Of a DNA stretch of 64,000 nucleotides, positions 11,651 to 25,339 are shown in pieces (positions within the stretch are counted from its first letter, which is position 1; every line of letters begins with the position of its first letter). Under the pieces are notes generated by a model, which was not told the DNA's origin, searched no databases, and saw only the letters and a program-made list of their open reading frames with translations. Source of the DNA: Malacoraja senta (lineage: Eukaryota); contig CM075988.1 of the NCBI GenBank assembly GCA_038087875.1, positions 15,748,001 to 15,812,000 on the forward strand, read 5' to 3'. Made by a program: the position numbers and the translations under genes.

Positions 11651-14600
11651 AATGCAAATCCAAGCTAATTCCTATTCTCAGCTGAAACCATTAAAAACAG
11701 TTACATCACTGGGCAAGCTGGACTAGAGGTTACAAGTTCGAGTCCGACCATCGCAGATTAATAATTCCCAATTAAATCTTGTATTGGAAAATTAAAGCTA
11801 TCAGGTTGTTACTAAAACTCACGTCCTCTATAATGAGACCTGTGCACATTTTGGCCCGAACTAACCAGGTGATTCTTAAATGCTGCTTTGACCAGATCAG
11901 CTTCACTGGCCAAGATTTCCTTGCCTCATATTCAGGTGCAAGCATTCACTGTTATACTCGGATAGTTACAAATTGCAGAGTTCCCTACCCCCCACCCATC
12001 CTGATTCCAGGTCTAGGTTGGTAATCTCAGGTAAGTTAGGATTTTGCTAAACATTAAAAAAAAGACAACACACAGCCAAGAGAGAGATATGGTTCCACAG
12101 AGTTCTGCTAACCTCAAAATGGAAAGCCTATTAAATGGTCCGAGGGACTTCTTTAGCAATTCCTAAGATAGGGTTGCCAACTATGTATTCCACTTATAAG
12201 AAACAGGCTGAGAGTGGATGGGGTCACAATGTATAGTAGATACATTCAGGCTCAGCAATTTAAAATGGGCCCCAACTAACCTCATGTTGCCATGGACATA
12301 GCAGTAAACTAATGTTAAGTAAATGAAAGGAAGATATAATACAGGATGTGCTGGTTACTTGTTCCTGAAAATTAAACATTAAACTGTAAAGGGAACACAC
12401 AAGAAAACGTAGACAAAAACCCCTTCCGGGTTTCGGCCCGAAACGTTGCCTATTTCCTTCGCTCCATAGATGCTTCTGCACCCGCTGAGTTTCTCCAGCA
12501 TTTTTGTCTACCTTCAATTTTCCAGCATCTGCAGTTCCTTCTTAAACACAAGAAAACTTTGTGGGTTCCATTACATCCCCGCGGGACAATCTTGCAAAAT
12601 GTCTTGGTGGTATTAGATGAATCCCAGCAGTATTGTCTAAAATTCACAGCTACTTGGGCTAGAATTATGTTGTTTCCTTATGATTTAATGGACATATCTG
12701 CATTTAAAAGACATTTGGACAGGTACGTGGATAAGAAAGGTTGAGAGAGTTATGGGCCAAATGTAGGCAGGTGGGACGTGTGAACGGGGCATCTTCAGAC
12801 AAAGGGTCTGGACCCAAAACGTCACATATTCCTTTTCTCCAGAGCTGCTGCTTGACCCGCTGTGTTACTCCAGCATTTTGTGCCTATCTTTGGTGTAAAC
12901 CAGCATCTGCAGTTCCTTCATACACATCCAGTCTGATAATAATCAGATTAAACGTCTTAGAATAATAACATTATTTCTCATTACTGGAGTAACAGCTTAC
13001 TCCAATAACAAGAATGAAGTTAATGCTGTTTAAAGGAAAACTAGCCAGACTAGCCAGGGTAACTGATCAGTCCCACTTCAATAGCTCAAAATAAACACTT
13101 GTACATTCACCAGAGAGGGCAGATAATGCCTCAGATTAACATCCGAGCTGCAAGACTGCACACAACAGTGCAAGACTCCCTCAACACAGTGCTGAGATAC
13201 AAGATTACATTTTGTATACAAGTCTCTGGAATGTTACTCAAATCCACGGCTTTGATTCACGACGGACATGAATGTCTCAGTCCAGGAAGGACAGTCATAT
13301 TCCTTTAAACAAATATATGACACGCTTTCAGAATCCCACTTAGTTGCTTCACAGAAACACCACCATTGTTTAAATGTTTGTGTATGTGGTTCACAATCTT
13401 GCTAGACACTTGTCTCAATCCAATTCCTTGAAAGACAAAAAGTTTAATGGTTAAAGCCCATTCAAAAAATTGTACTCACCGCATTCAATTAATTTTGTAA
13501 ACATTTCTCATTCATTACCCAAGGCTGACACTGGTCCTTAGCCGACACTCTCAGGCATTTGTAAACTGCTTCATTACAAAATAATTTCAGAGGTGTGTCG
13601 TTGAGAATATTTGATATCCTAAACAAAGTGCTCTGAAAGACCCTCCTCTGTCTCCACCTCTAACACACCTTAATTCTTAACCCTCAGTTTCCCATTAATG
13701 TTTTCATATTCCCCATTTTGGTGAGGATCCCCTGCACTTGTCCAATCCCCAGATGTTCAGGTTTGGTTGGTGTCTCTCCCAAGGGGTCCATTACATATAA
13801 CCCCTCCACAGGATTAACGGCATGATCATGAGTCAGAACTCATCCCATCTCTTGCTGAATACCAGAAACCTGCACAGAGAGAGGACATAGGCAAATAGTG
13901 GTGGTTCAAGATCTGTGTGGTCTTCTCCCTGTCCTTGGAACTGGTTATTGGAACATTTCCTCATTTCATTCAAACATTTTTTTTGATTTAGGTTCTAATG
14001 TTAAAAATGAAGCTGTACAATAATTGTATAACTGTTATGTCAATCGCCTTATCCCTGTACAATCGCTTCTAATAAAATTAATTCAAAAAAAATAAAAAAA
14101 TTGTTAGGTGTAGGAATTGGGGAAAACGTTTCAGAGACAATAACAAATTATCTTTGATAATATTTTTGTTGCTGGGTGATATTGAAGCATTTTTCTCTGT
14201 GCTGTATTTGGCTGGGTGCATTTGAAGGGCCATTTAAAAAGTTTTACTTAGTGTTAACCCCTGAGGACCTGGCCTGTGTGCGACTGAAGGTTTTTATCTG
14301 TCAGTAATCCTGGTGGACCTGCCCTGGGTGTGGTGTGAACACGCGGTATGCACTGGAAAGTGTCTCATTGTCAGCCCTGATATCGCAGAGTGTGTGAAAT
14401 GCAGAGAAGATAGAGTCAGCAGAGAAAGGGAATATTTCTCCATTTGCATGTGATGAGAGACCGTCGCTTTAGATAGAAATATAGTTGCAAAAACAAAATG
14501 AAAGGATGCAAAGGGGGGGTAGTCTCTGCTTTTATCTGCATCAGTAACGTTGAAGTGTTTCAGTACAATGACACTGCTCTGTTAGAACACAATCAGACAG

Positions 14601-15722
14601 AGTCTTTGGAAATGTTCAAACATCAAGCAAGCAGAAATTTGGCATGCGCTCTGTAGTCGATTGTGCGTGTAATCTCGATGGCAATCAACCAACCGAGTGC
14701 ATATTTCTTGAACATAAAACACTGCACCGGCCACAGGAAAATTGCCAGAGCTGCATTCTGGACTTGGGAGTCAAAATCGTTCCAGATTCACATCTCTCAC
14801 CAACCAAATTCTTAGGTGCTGCCTGAAATGGTTTTGAGTTTATCGAATCCCAGTGACTCTCTGCACACAAAGGGGGGCAACAACATTTGTAAGGCTGCAG
14901 GGAAAGAAGGGGCAGGAGTATTTAGTTACAACAGTTCTTTCAAACAGCTGGCATGGGTATTTTGGACCAAATATTCTTTTTTTTTCTGTGCAGTGCCTTT
15001 ATTGTTCATAGGCTTTCATCTTTGCAACTAAACATTAACATTAATCATCCATATAATATCCAGCTTGTTTGTAATCTGCCCGATTTCAAGTCTCTTTGGA
15101 AAAGCTTCTGCTGTGCTGCCTGCAATCACTGTGACTGAGGAGGGAGCTTCGGATAGAAGGAGACCAGCTGACGAACTGTCACTGCAGCAGCAGTCGAAGG
15201 ATGTGTCACTCAGTGCCACCATGTCCTTTGGGCACAGCAAGTCTTGCGGGGAGGAGCAGAGTTCAATATTCACCTTCACAAACATGCATTTTTACTGGAC
15301 CTCTGGGTTGCAATATAGGAAACACATCAGCTGATTTGTGCATCTCCTCAAACTCAAACAAGGAATCCCAGTTGCTGGTTTACAAATAAGGAAAGAGTGC
15401 TGGAGCAACTCAGCAGGTCAGGCAGCATCTCTGGAGAACATGAATAAGTAATGTTTTGGGTCAGGACCCTTTAGATCAGATTATTTGTCTTAGTGGTTAT
15501 GACCAATAGTCTGAGTACATGCACTTCTCTAAAACAGGGCTGGGATATTTTCTTTTTATATCAATTTGAGTAAGCATACAGTGCTCCCTTACTTTGTTAG
15601 CTCACCTGCAATATGGCACCTCTGACTGTGTAGCACTCCCTTAAATCACACCTCTCCTGATACTGGGTTCCCTCAGCACTGCACTACAGTATTAACTTAG
15701 CGTTTAGTGTTCCGATAGTACT

Positions 15723-15997
15723 GTTTAGTTTAGAAATACTGAGCAGACACAGGCCCTTCGGCCCACCGAGTCTGTGCTGATCAACGATCCCCACACACTA
15801 GCACTATCCTATGTGCTAGGGATCATTTACAATTTGTTCCAACGCAAATTAACCTACAGACCTGTACATCTTTGGAATGTGGGAGGAAATGGGAGCACAC
15901 GTGGTCACAGGGAGAACGTACAAACTCTGCACAGACAGCACCCGTGGTCAGGATCGAACCTACGTCTCTGATGACAAGGCAGCAACACTACTGCCAC
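15723..15997 (-). mobile_element. HE1-like SINE
   Basis: Reverse complement of the SINE at 10365-10642, starting with GTTTAGTTTAG. Confidence 0.75.
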
Positions 15998-18900
15998 CCC
16001 GACTGGAACCCCAGACCCAACTCAAAGGCAATGCTGTTGTCAAGTTAATACCACATTATCAAGCCACTCCAAGAGATATCTTCAGAACTATATTTTAACA
16101 AAAGACAAAATATTGAAGTAACTCAGCGGGTCAGGCAGCATTTCTGCAGAACATGGATAGGTGATATTTCGGGTCGGGACCCTTCTTCAGACAAAAACTA
16201 TATTTTAATTTTTTTCTCAAAGCCCACTTTGTAAACCGCTGATATTTCAGACTCGACTTTAAAAGTGTTTCCAACAATACAGCGTTCAAACACTCACTCA
16301 GACACACCGGCATCTTAATCTTTGAAAGCAACAGGAAAGGGAATGTCTTCTGTAGTGGCTTTGTTCAGAGATGTGAAAGGCTAATCGATGAAATCAGAAC
16401 ATGCCACAAGACTGGGACAAAAGCAGTTTTACATCACTGGAGAACATGGCAGGTGAAAAGAAAAATGGGTTATAAACAAAGGAGCTGCAGATGGGTCAGT
16501 TCCCACCCAGATACATTTTCAATAGTCGTGAAGATTAAAACTGAGACAAACCAAATGTTCTAATTTCTAACCCTCAAAACAAAGACATGCTTTTCAAAAA
16601 CATATTTTTCAATCTCTAGACATCCAAAAATGCTCAAGCAAATTAGCTAGGGTTTTTTTCCCTTGGGAACAGTAGCCAAGTTGAATAAAAGATACATTAG
16701 AAAATAATTTACATATGGAAAAATATTTTTAGTGATATTTAGTGTTGAGAGACAACAGCCCTGCTTTTCTAATACCTAAACGTCTCTCTGAAATAGACAG
16801 CCCCATTGTAGATCTCAGCTGAAGGCATACCTCCAGAGTGCCACTCTCACTCAGTGCCAATGTTTCATGGCTAACCCATAGGAGTGCACGTTACTGACCA
16901 CACCATCGCATGTGCTGGAAAACAAGCAGGATTCCATTTTGTCAAAGGAGAACAAAGCAAAAATCAATATCCTGCAGATGCTGAAAGTCCAAAACAGAAA
17001 TCCCTAGAAAAACTACACAGGTCATACAAATGGTTAAGGAAGACTGGAGACACAGAGTTACAGTTTCATATCCATCTTTCATTTGTTCCAGGAACTGTTG
17101 GAATCTGTGTTTAATTATTCCATCTGAGCAGTCATTCATCGGAAGTGTTAATCTGTTCTCTCTCACCAAGTGCTGAACATTTCATGAATTTTACTTCTGG
17201 AATTGGAGTTCAATCATTAGACAAAGCATCAGAGTGAATGGGGTACAGGGCAACAGCAGCAATTCTAGAAAATAATTAGAGAGCCAGACCAAGCTGATCC
17301 TAGGCCTTAGAGTACCTCAAGTATTTCTCTGCATAACACTATTTGACTACGTTAACTCAAATTAAAACATCCAGTCCCTTGTTGCACTTCTCAAACCCAA
17401 GATATGATAAGATCCTCTCTAGGGAAGTATTTTTCATGCACCAAGGGAAATCATTCCTAACAAACTGGAAATTAAGATATTCCAACAAAATGGAGTTGTC
17501 CTGTAGGCATCTGGTGAAGCACTTAGCCAGAGCCTTTACAAAGCGTCCTATTAATTGTTGTGGCACAAATGTTATTCAGGTTCATCTTTCAAAGTAGGCT
17601 TTGAGTTCTGAGATAACCAAAACCTGCCCCCTTCTCTGGTTGACTATCTCCCCTCCTATCTCCCCTCCTATCCCCCCACCACACACACACACAAAATAGC
17701 AAATTAAACCATTTCCCTTCAGGTCATATTTACTCTGGTACTGGTCCACACTGCTGGTGAAGCCGAGGCCTGTAGGTGGACTGGGAATGATGCCCAATTG
17801 TTCTTAACCTTGGTGCTGTGTCAAGTTAGTGATTATTCCAACCCATTCTAGACGTCTCAAATATTATTCCACCCCTACCTATTAAGAATGTGGGCATCAA
17901 ATCTGGTACGTATTAACCATGGCATCACCTTTGGACCTGAACTGCTACATGCTCTTCCATCAGCTAAAGCATTCGTAACATGCATTAAACTAATTCTAGG
18001 ATCATCCTGCTCAAGGCACTGTATCTGCCTATGATTCTGTGGCATTAAAGACACAAGAACTGAAACAAGGGATGATGTAGCTTCGGTATATGCAAGGAAG
18101 TATTTCAAATCTCAAGTTTATTAACTAACCATCAAATCTTTAGTGAACATTTAGATTAATTGCAATTCATTAAAGCATCTCTTCTAACACAGCTTCATTG
18201 ACAAAGGACTTTCCAGGAGTCATACAGCACATGTACTACTAAATTGCACTAATCCTGTCTGAAATAGGGTCTCAACCTAAAACATCACCCATTCCTTTCT
18301 CTAGAGATGCTGTGTGGCCTGTTGAATTACTCCAACATCATGTCTATCTGCACTAATTCCCTTTGATTCTCCCCACATCCATAGAATCTCCTGCTCAAAG
18401 TTTCATCTCGGAACTGGAGTCAATTTAGATACCAACTAGCAAGTGTTTGACATTTGTGGAGACAAACACCTGAAGGGAACCAGTGGTGAGAACTTGCAAG
18501 CTCCACACAGTCAGCAGCAGAGTTCACAACTGAAGCACCGTCAATGGAGTTGGAGCAGCTGCTTTACTTACTGGATCAGCGGACTACTCATTTATAAATC
18601 AAAAAGAGCTTTGAATGTCATTGATACATACTGTTACCCATGCCATTTTAGCAGCTCAGGCCAAAGCCAGCAAGGCAGCTGAATGAAGAGAGTTATGTTA
18701 TTGTGGGTAGAATGAATCTTGGGGGATTGAAAGTAAATAACTGCCTGCTCAATGGTGTCCTTGCAATCAGAGCCTGAAAAAAAAACAAATCAAAGGATCA
18801 ATCTTGGGAATCAAGATGAGTCTCATTCTTCACACTGATGCCGCTGTTCCACACATGCCAAGGATGTGGGCACCCATTATGACCAAGGTACCATCTTTTG

Positions 18901-19559
18901 GACTTTTATCTGCAGCAGGTCCTACTCCTTTGCTGTTGGTTTCTTGGATTGAGATCCAGAGGTAAGGGATTAGCATTGCACAACATGTATATGGTGGTGC
19001 AACTCTAGAATAGGTGTCTCCATGCAATGGACACCTCGTCCTTCTAGGCGAGCTGCAGTTTGGTGGGGTATCAAGTAACATTGGCAAGTTGTGCAGAGCT
19101 TCCTGTTTATAGTATACCATTGAATGGGGGTCTAGAATGGATACAATAAGTCCCTGCCTGCCATCATGCCACTCCTCACAAGGAGAGCTACAACATTTGC
19201 TGCACCATCAGTGTTCCAATGCAGTAAACCCTCATTTTTAAAAGTCTCTATTAAAATAATATTGGTTATAGCAGGCAGATTTACCAAACTTCACTGCCAG
19301 GCCAGCCCCTGGCTGCATCTGCCATCACTGCCTGTATTGAGACCTTGGAGCTTTGTAGCTTAGGGCAGGCAAGGCATTGCTTTAATGTTTCAGCTGAAAA
19401 AAGGCACCTCTGTCAGTATGGTTCTTGCTCTGCTTAAACTTTATTTCTGGCCCTCTGCACATGAACTGACATGCAGTACCACAAATGCCACTTTTATAGC
19501 AGACAATCTGCAATATCTTGGGGAACGGCTGCTAACCAGCAGCCGTCCATTAAATTCAC

Positions 19560-20457
19560 TTTTTTTAAACTTAGTTTTTAGTTTTTCTTGTCTTTGTCTC
19601 GTGGGGAATTTTGACTTTTAATGTGGGGGGGTAAGGGGAAACTATTTTCTAGGTCCCTATCTGGTCGGTGAGGCAGCCCCGTCGACACGTCCTTGTGGAC
19701 TACCAGTGGGCGTGGAGTGGCGTTTCCTGGCGGGGACTGCCCAGCACCTTCAGCTTCGGTGGCAGCACAGCACTGGAGCACTATCACGGAGCGGAGCGGG
19801 CGATGCCTTGCCTGGGTTGCCGTGCTGGAGCTCCGGTGAGCTGTGGCCGCCTTGCTCAACACCTCCGGGCTGCGGGACTGCGGAGCGGCCAGCCGCGGGC
19901 GGCGGCGCCGACCCTAACATCGGGAGCCTCGGAGCTCCAAATCGGCGTGGCCTTGTTGGCTTCAGGTGCCGCGGACTCCGGTAGGAAATCGGCCGTCCCA
20001 GGTGGCCCAGCCGCTGCGAGGACTCTCCCGACGCCGGGGCAACAACACCCGGATAGAACGGCCAGGAACATCGGGCCTCCGTAGAGGCAACTGTGGAGGC
20101 CTCAATAGGCCTGACTTTGGGTGAACTGGGGTTGGGGACTGGACATTGTGCCTTCCCCCACAGTGATAATCATTGTGGGGGGGGATGATTTTTGTCTGTA
20201 AATTATATTTTATTTTGTGTCCAAGATGGCTGCCGGAGGGGGGAGTGGACGCTGGCGCGCTTTAGCAGCTGCTGCTCTCTTCCATATTGTGTTTTTTGAT
20301 TTTTGTTTTTGGATTGAATTCTGGCTTTAATTTCTGTACTCGTGATGTCTTTACTATTTATTTCATTCCGCTTACATGTTTCTACACTTTGTTAAACTTT
20401 GTAAAGTGTCCTTGAGACTTTTGAAAGGCGCCCATAAATAAAATGTATTATTATTAT
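19560..20457 (+). mobile_element. GC/CpG-rich non-autonomous retroposon with L2-type 3' tail (second copy 28625-29522)
   Basis: Ends in TGTAAAGTGTCCTTGAG...GAAAGGCGCCCATAAATAAAATGTATTATTATTAT; sharply GC-rich body in AT-rich surroundings; no credible protein in its ORFs. Confidence 0.55.
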
Positions 20458-20721
20458 GGTCTATTATAACAAGAATTTGCTGTACGGGGACATAACAAAG
20501 GCAATTTCCCCATAAAAAAACTACACAGTTGTACTATGTGAAGTCACTGCAGAAATGAAGCTTTTAGTCTGGAATGACCCAAGAGCAAATGATCTCTACT
20601 GCATGGTGCAAGGACAACTGAACCACTGCCATTCACAGCACAAACTTTAGTTTCAAAAACCTTCATTTGGTATCAGCCAAGAACACAGGACAAGTTGGCA
20701 ATCAAATTTAAAAAGTGGCTT

Positions 20722-20847
20722 TTTATTTAATATACATTTTCAAACATTTCCATTGGAGATTAAAAAAAACGTCTAATGCCAAGTTAAACACTGACCTATT
20801 ATAATATAAACATCTGTAATAAGAATTTAAATCTTAACATAATAAAA
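20722..20847 (-). promoter_or_regulatory. BTG4 3' UTR polyadenylation signal and CPE motifs (copy at +9065)
   Basis: On the minus strand: UUUUAU (20847-20842), UUUUUUUUAAU (20769-20759), AAUAAA (20727-20722), then a U/GU-rich stretch. Confidence 0.65.
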
Positions 20848-21046
20848 TTTGTCCTCGAGGAAGTTTAAGAGATCGTGTAAATAAGTGTAGATGAGCTCAA
20901 TGCTAGAACACCAAATTCATCTCCTATAGAACGTCAGAACACGCAGACTTGTCAGTAAATCTTCTGGATTGCCAGAAAATTGACTTCACAATACGATAAA
21001 GTAAGAGAAGGAAAATAGAGCAAGATAAAGGAAAGGACAATTCAGA

Positions 21047-24000
21047 TCAGTGCTTGGTATTTACCCAATGATACCGATCATTGTGAGGATATGTGAACAT
21101 ATGGTTGGAAACTCTGTACATTTTGTAGACTTTTTGGAGAGGGTAGCAGCCTTTAGTATCTTCTGTGATAGTTTTCTTGTGTGTAAACCTGGGCCAGACA
21201 GCTGCATGGTATGTGTAGTAATCATACTGCAAGAAAACAAAATGACAATTACTTAAAGCAACTCAGTTACAATACGTGGTCCAAACAGTTCAGTCTAGAG
21301 ATTCAGCGTGGAAACGGGCCCTTCAGCCCACTGAGTTCATGTTCACCACCAATCACCTGTTCACACAATTCCTGCATTACCGAACTCAATCATCAAGTTC
21401 GCCGACGACACCACAGTTGTGGGACGTATCACTGATGGAGTCGAGTCAGAGTATAGAAGTGAGATCGACCGGTTGACCAAATGGTGCCAGCACAATAACC
21501 TGGCTCTCAACACCAGCAAAACCAAGGAACTGATTGTGGACTTTGGAAGGAGTAGGATGGAGACCCACAGTCCTATACATATATACAGAGTTCCCACAGA
21601 CAGCACACAGAGTCTGGTTCAAACCTGGGTCTCTGGCACTGTGAGGCTGCAACTCTACCAGCTGTCCCCCCCCCCCCCCCCCATCACAATGTGGTATATT
21701 TTTGTAGTATCTTCAGATTTGTATCCAATGATCATCATGTTCAATTAATGCACTGCCTCAGAACAGACCTGGAGATCTCTCTACCCAACAAAGTGTTCTC
21801 TTATAAAACTAGATTTCTCCATTGACATTTATGGTATGGTTTACATCCAACTATTTCCAGTTTGTTTCAATTGCCCAGATTCTTCAGCATTTGCCCATTT
21901 CATATTACTTCCACTTTAGATAATATTGCCCACCAGTCAAATCCCAAACCAACTTCAGGGAAGTTGTCCATGTCCTTCAGCGTTGCAAGTAAATTAGATC
22001 AGGGTACGGTCTGTCGTTTAATTTTCCCTGAGCTAATCTACAATTGAAGAAAAATACTAAAGATTCCTTCCAATTTCAGATTTACTAACTGTCCTCGCCA
22101 CATTTACTTAAATTTTTTTTATTTTTTTAAAAATAAACAGCTGATCTGTAGAAAATAGATTTAAATCTGCAGTACCCTGCATACCAAATTAGAGACAAGA
22201 GTAAAGCATTTTGGCCAATGGTTTAATATCATTTTCATTTCACCTTGTACAGGTTAGCACCATAATGAATGGATGGATCTCAGCCTTGGGACATTTCAGC
22301 ATTGAAAATTACAGGCAAGCGTCATCCTGTCCCCTTTGTAAGCATCTGCTTCCAGCTGTTACTGGATAGATTAAATCCATAAGCAAGTAGGTTCACATTG
22401 AATTACCCCTTTTCAGAAAGGAAAAACACTTGGCACCTTTTGCCCCAAGCAACAGAGTTATATACCCTGTAGCAGAGTGTTATTTCTTAATGGGAAGCTA
22501 ATCAAGGGTATCATTTAACAAAACACTCGAGTATCAGTAATACATACTTATGCAACTGACAATATGCTAGCCAGTTTTTGTTAATAATCTTAGAACAGGA
22601 TTTTAACTTGCAAGTATAGATAGCAAGATGATTAACAATGTTGATCCTGTCTCATTAAGGAAATATTAAAACAAATATTTTGCTCACTCTTTATTTCAGT
22701 TGACAAACATAAATGTACTCAGTTTTCAGGGCAACATGTTATTAAGACACCACAGCTTCTTCGGTCTGAAGAAGGGTCTCGACCAGAAACGTCCCCTATT
22801 CCTTCACTCCATAAATGCTGCCTCACCCGCTGAGTTTCTCCAGCATTTGTCTACCTTAGATGTTTCCAGCATCTGCAGTTCTTTCTTAAACAGCTTCTAA
22901 ATAGTTTGTTGAAGATTGCTACAAGGTGGAGCACCAAGACAATTAAAAAAAAATCAAAGTTGGCTTTCAAGAAGCACAAGCTTATTGGCAATGGGTGTTT
23001 GACTGACTGTCACAAAATCCTTTTAGCTCTTAAAATACTAAAATATCTAAATTGAGAGCCACTGGAAATACCTTGGCAGTGAACTCTACTACTATACCTG
23101 GTAGATGCTCTTTGGGTTAATCACAGTGGGGATGGTTTGGGGTTCTTCTCCAGGGATTTCTCCTCCCCCAAAGCCGTTGCCCATGTAAATACTGTTTGGG
23201 TTGCTCACGATTGGTATGGTCTTTGTTTCTGAAGCTGCAGTGAAGTTTTCCTCTTCCCCATGGGCATTGCTTCGAGCATAAATTGCACTCAGCTCTTTGT
23301 TATAGTTTTCCTCATCTGAAGATGTACCAGAGAAATAATCCGAACTTGCTCGTTCTGCTGCATTGCTGATGTGCTTGAAGACTTCCTGATTAGAGTTCTG
23401 TTCCTCCAACCTCGTTATAATGAATGGCTGGTTCTTTTCGCCACACCTGAAATAAGAGTACATCAGTCAAACAATTGACTACCAAACTTATTTATACCCC
23501 AAGTCCCCATCAGTTTGTGGGAGAACAGTCTCTGATGATTTTAAGTGATTCAGGAACAACTTCTTCCCAACAACCATCATTACTAACACCAACAAAACTA
23601 CAAACTTTCTTGGCTATTGTTCAGACCTTGAAATTCTGGGGGCACTAATTGACCAGAATATTTAAACTTAACCCTTACCTACACCACACTTCATATGGAT
23701 CCACCCATATAGTGAGCTCCTTCGGCAGTTCCAAAGAAGAATATTCAATATTGCTTTCTACACAAGCCTGAAAGAGGACCAGATCCCGTGGTTGATTCTT
23801 GTTTATTCTGATACACCTGGAGAAAAACATTTTGTCAGGGAACACAACAAGATAATATCAGCCAAATTGGGCCATGTGTGATGGCCCAACAACACTCTCC
23901 TCAAATGCTCTCTTCTGTGAAAGGAAAATTGAAACAAGATGCTTCAAACCACCAAATTCCATTTTATTGGTGCTAGATTTTCATATGAACACTATTTGAA

Positions 24001-24938
24001 ATTCTTCTTCTCACATCTAAAAAATATTTTAAAACATCACACTGCTGTGGGGCTAATCCCAGTAAGTATGCTAGGACCCCCCCCCCCCCCCCCCCCACTT
24101 TGAAGAACCAGTTGCAGCCATGCGAGAATTAATTTCTCCATCCTTCTAATTTCACCGCCAATATGGATTTAAAATTAAACAGATGCAGTTGTCTTAGTGG
24201 GATGCAAACCTTCAGCTCAGAATCATGAAGCTAGGATTATTTGTCCAGTTAAAACTACCATGTTTACTACAGTGAACATTCCAATTCACCCAGAAGAATC
24301 TAGTTTGATTGTTGCCCACAAGCAATATTTAAAATGAATATTGGCAGTTTTCCAGGTGTATTATCTTTATCCAATATAACCACAAAACCAATTGTCTGAT
24401 GATATTTCTTCTCCCCACCCAAAGGAAAAGAACCAATTTCACTGAACTAGGCTACTCGACAGCCCCACAACTGTCAGAAAGGAAGGGACATTTCAATGCT
24501 TTGAAAGGCACTAAACAATCAAGAGTCCATGCTTGTTCAGTTTCAATGTAAATCACAATCCCAACAAGGTCGAGGTTCAGACAAGGCAATAATGCCTTCT
24601 TAGCAAGATCAGCCATGATCACAATGAATGGCTCGAAGGGCCAAATGGCCTCCTCTTGCACCTATTTTCTATGTCTCACAAAAGACACATTTATTGGGTC
24701 ATGTATTACAACCACATCCAAAGCAATATATCCAAATGTTTCCAGCTAAGACAGTACATTCCTACCTGTAGGCTTGTCCTCTAGAAGGGTTTCCACAGTA
24801 CCAGTGGTTCTTGTATTTTTGAAATAGTATTTTTGTCAGTTTGTTCCCAAATTTCTCCATCTTCTGCTTGCTGAATTTCTCATTTTTCTTCACCAGTCGG
24901 GTGATGAAAACTACTGTGGCAGCAATCTCTTCTTTCAT
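21047..24938 (-). CDS. BTG4: BTG4 (BTG/Tob family, maternal B9.10-like), copy 1; 4 coding exons, 279 aa
   Basis: Exons 24938-24766 (173 nt, [18 protein letters not shown]...[14 protein letters not shown]); 23816-23679 (138 nt, CIRINK...[17 protein letters not shown]; boxes A/B); 23446-23098 (CGEKNQPF...[15 protein letters not shown]...NPKSIYQ); 21226-21047 (...[10 protein letters not shown]). All GT-AG with consistent phase. RASSD/NPKSIYQ motifs and synteny with miR-34b/c and HOATZ favour BTG4 over BTG3. Confidence 0.93.
21370..21585 (+). mobile_element. LINE RT fragment (Rex1/Babar-like) inserted in a minus-strand HE1 SINE (21290-21665); copy at +9065
   Basis: Translates [52 protein letters not shown]; SINE tail lies to the left and SINE head to the right. 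Confidence 0.75.
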
Positions 24939-25339
24939 GGTTTCAATAAATTGTACCTGGAAGGTTAATTAGATTTTTAACAAAGTCTTCCCTGTGCGAC
25001 AGGTAACAACAATTCATGTCAGAGACAGTTAAAATAAACTTCAACCCAAAATACTTTTTTTTGTATTGTCACACATTTAAAGAGGGAAGACCATCAGCCC
25101 AAGTCTGAGCTGCCATTTCCAATTCAATTAATCATGCAAGGAAACTAAAAAGGATATAATTTAGCACATACATGACATGGTTTTACTTACGCAAGTCAGA
25201 ATACATTGGAATAACTTAACTCAATTGAAATGTTAATTGGCATGAATAGGTTTCAATAGCACCTTTTCAAAACTCAAGACAATGATTCAAGAAGAATTCA
25301 TTGCATTTACAGCAAGAGGCATTTACCCCTGTGAGGTGG

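Noticed and set aside
13470-13630. Possible non-coding first exon of the ZPLD1-like gene (minus-strand donor GCG|GTGAGT near 13479)
   Set aside because: Only a donor consensus supports it; no independent evidence.
19578-20084. GC-rich overlapping ORFs (138 aa, 94 aa, 92 aa) and their duplicates at 28643-29149
   Set aside because: They lie inside a repeat with an L2-type tail, have no recognisable domain, and long ORFs are expected in GC-rich DNA.
21047-24938. Assignment as BTG3
   Set aside because: RASSD..SGTS, NPKSIYQ and linkage to miR-34b/c and HOATZ indicate BTG4.
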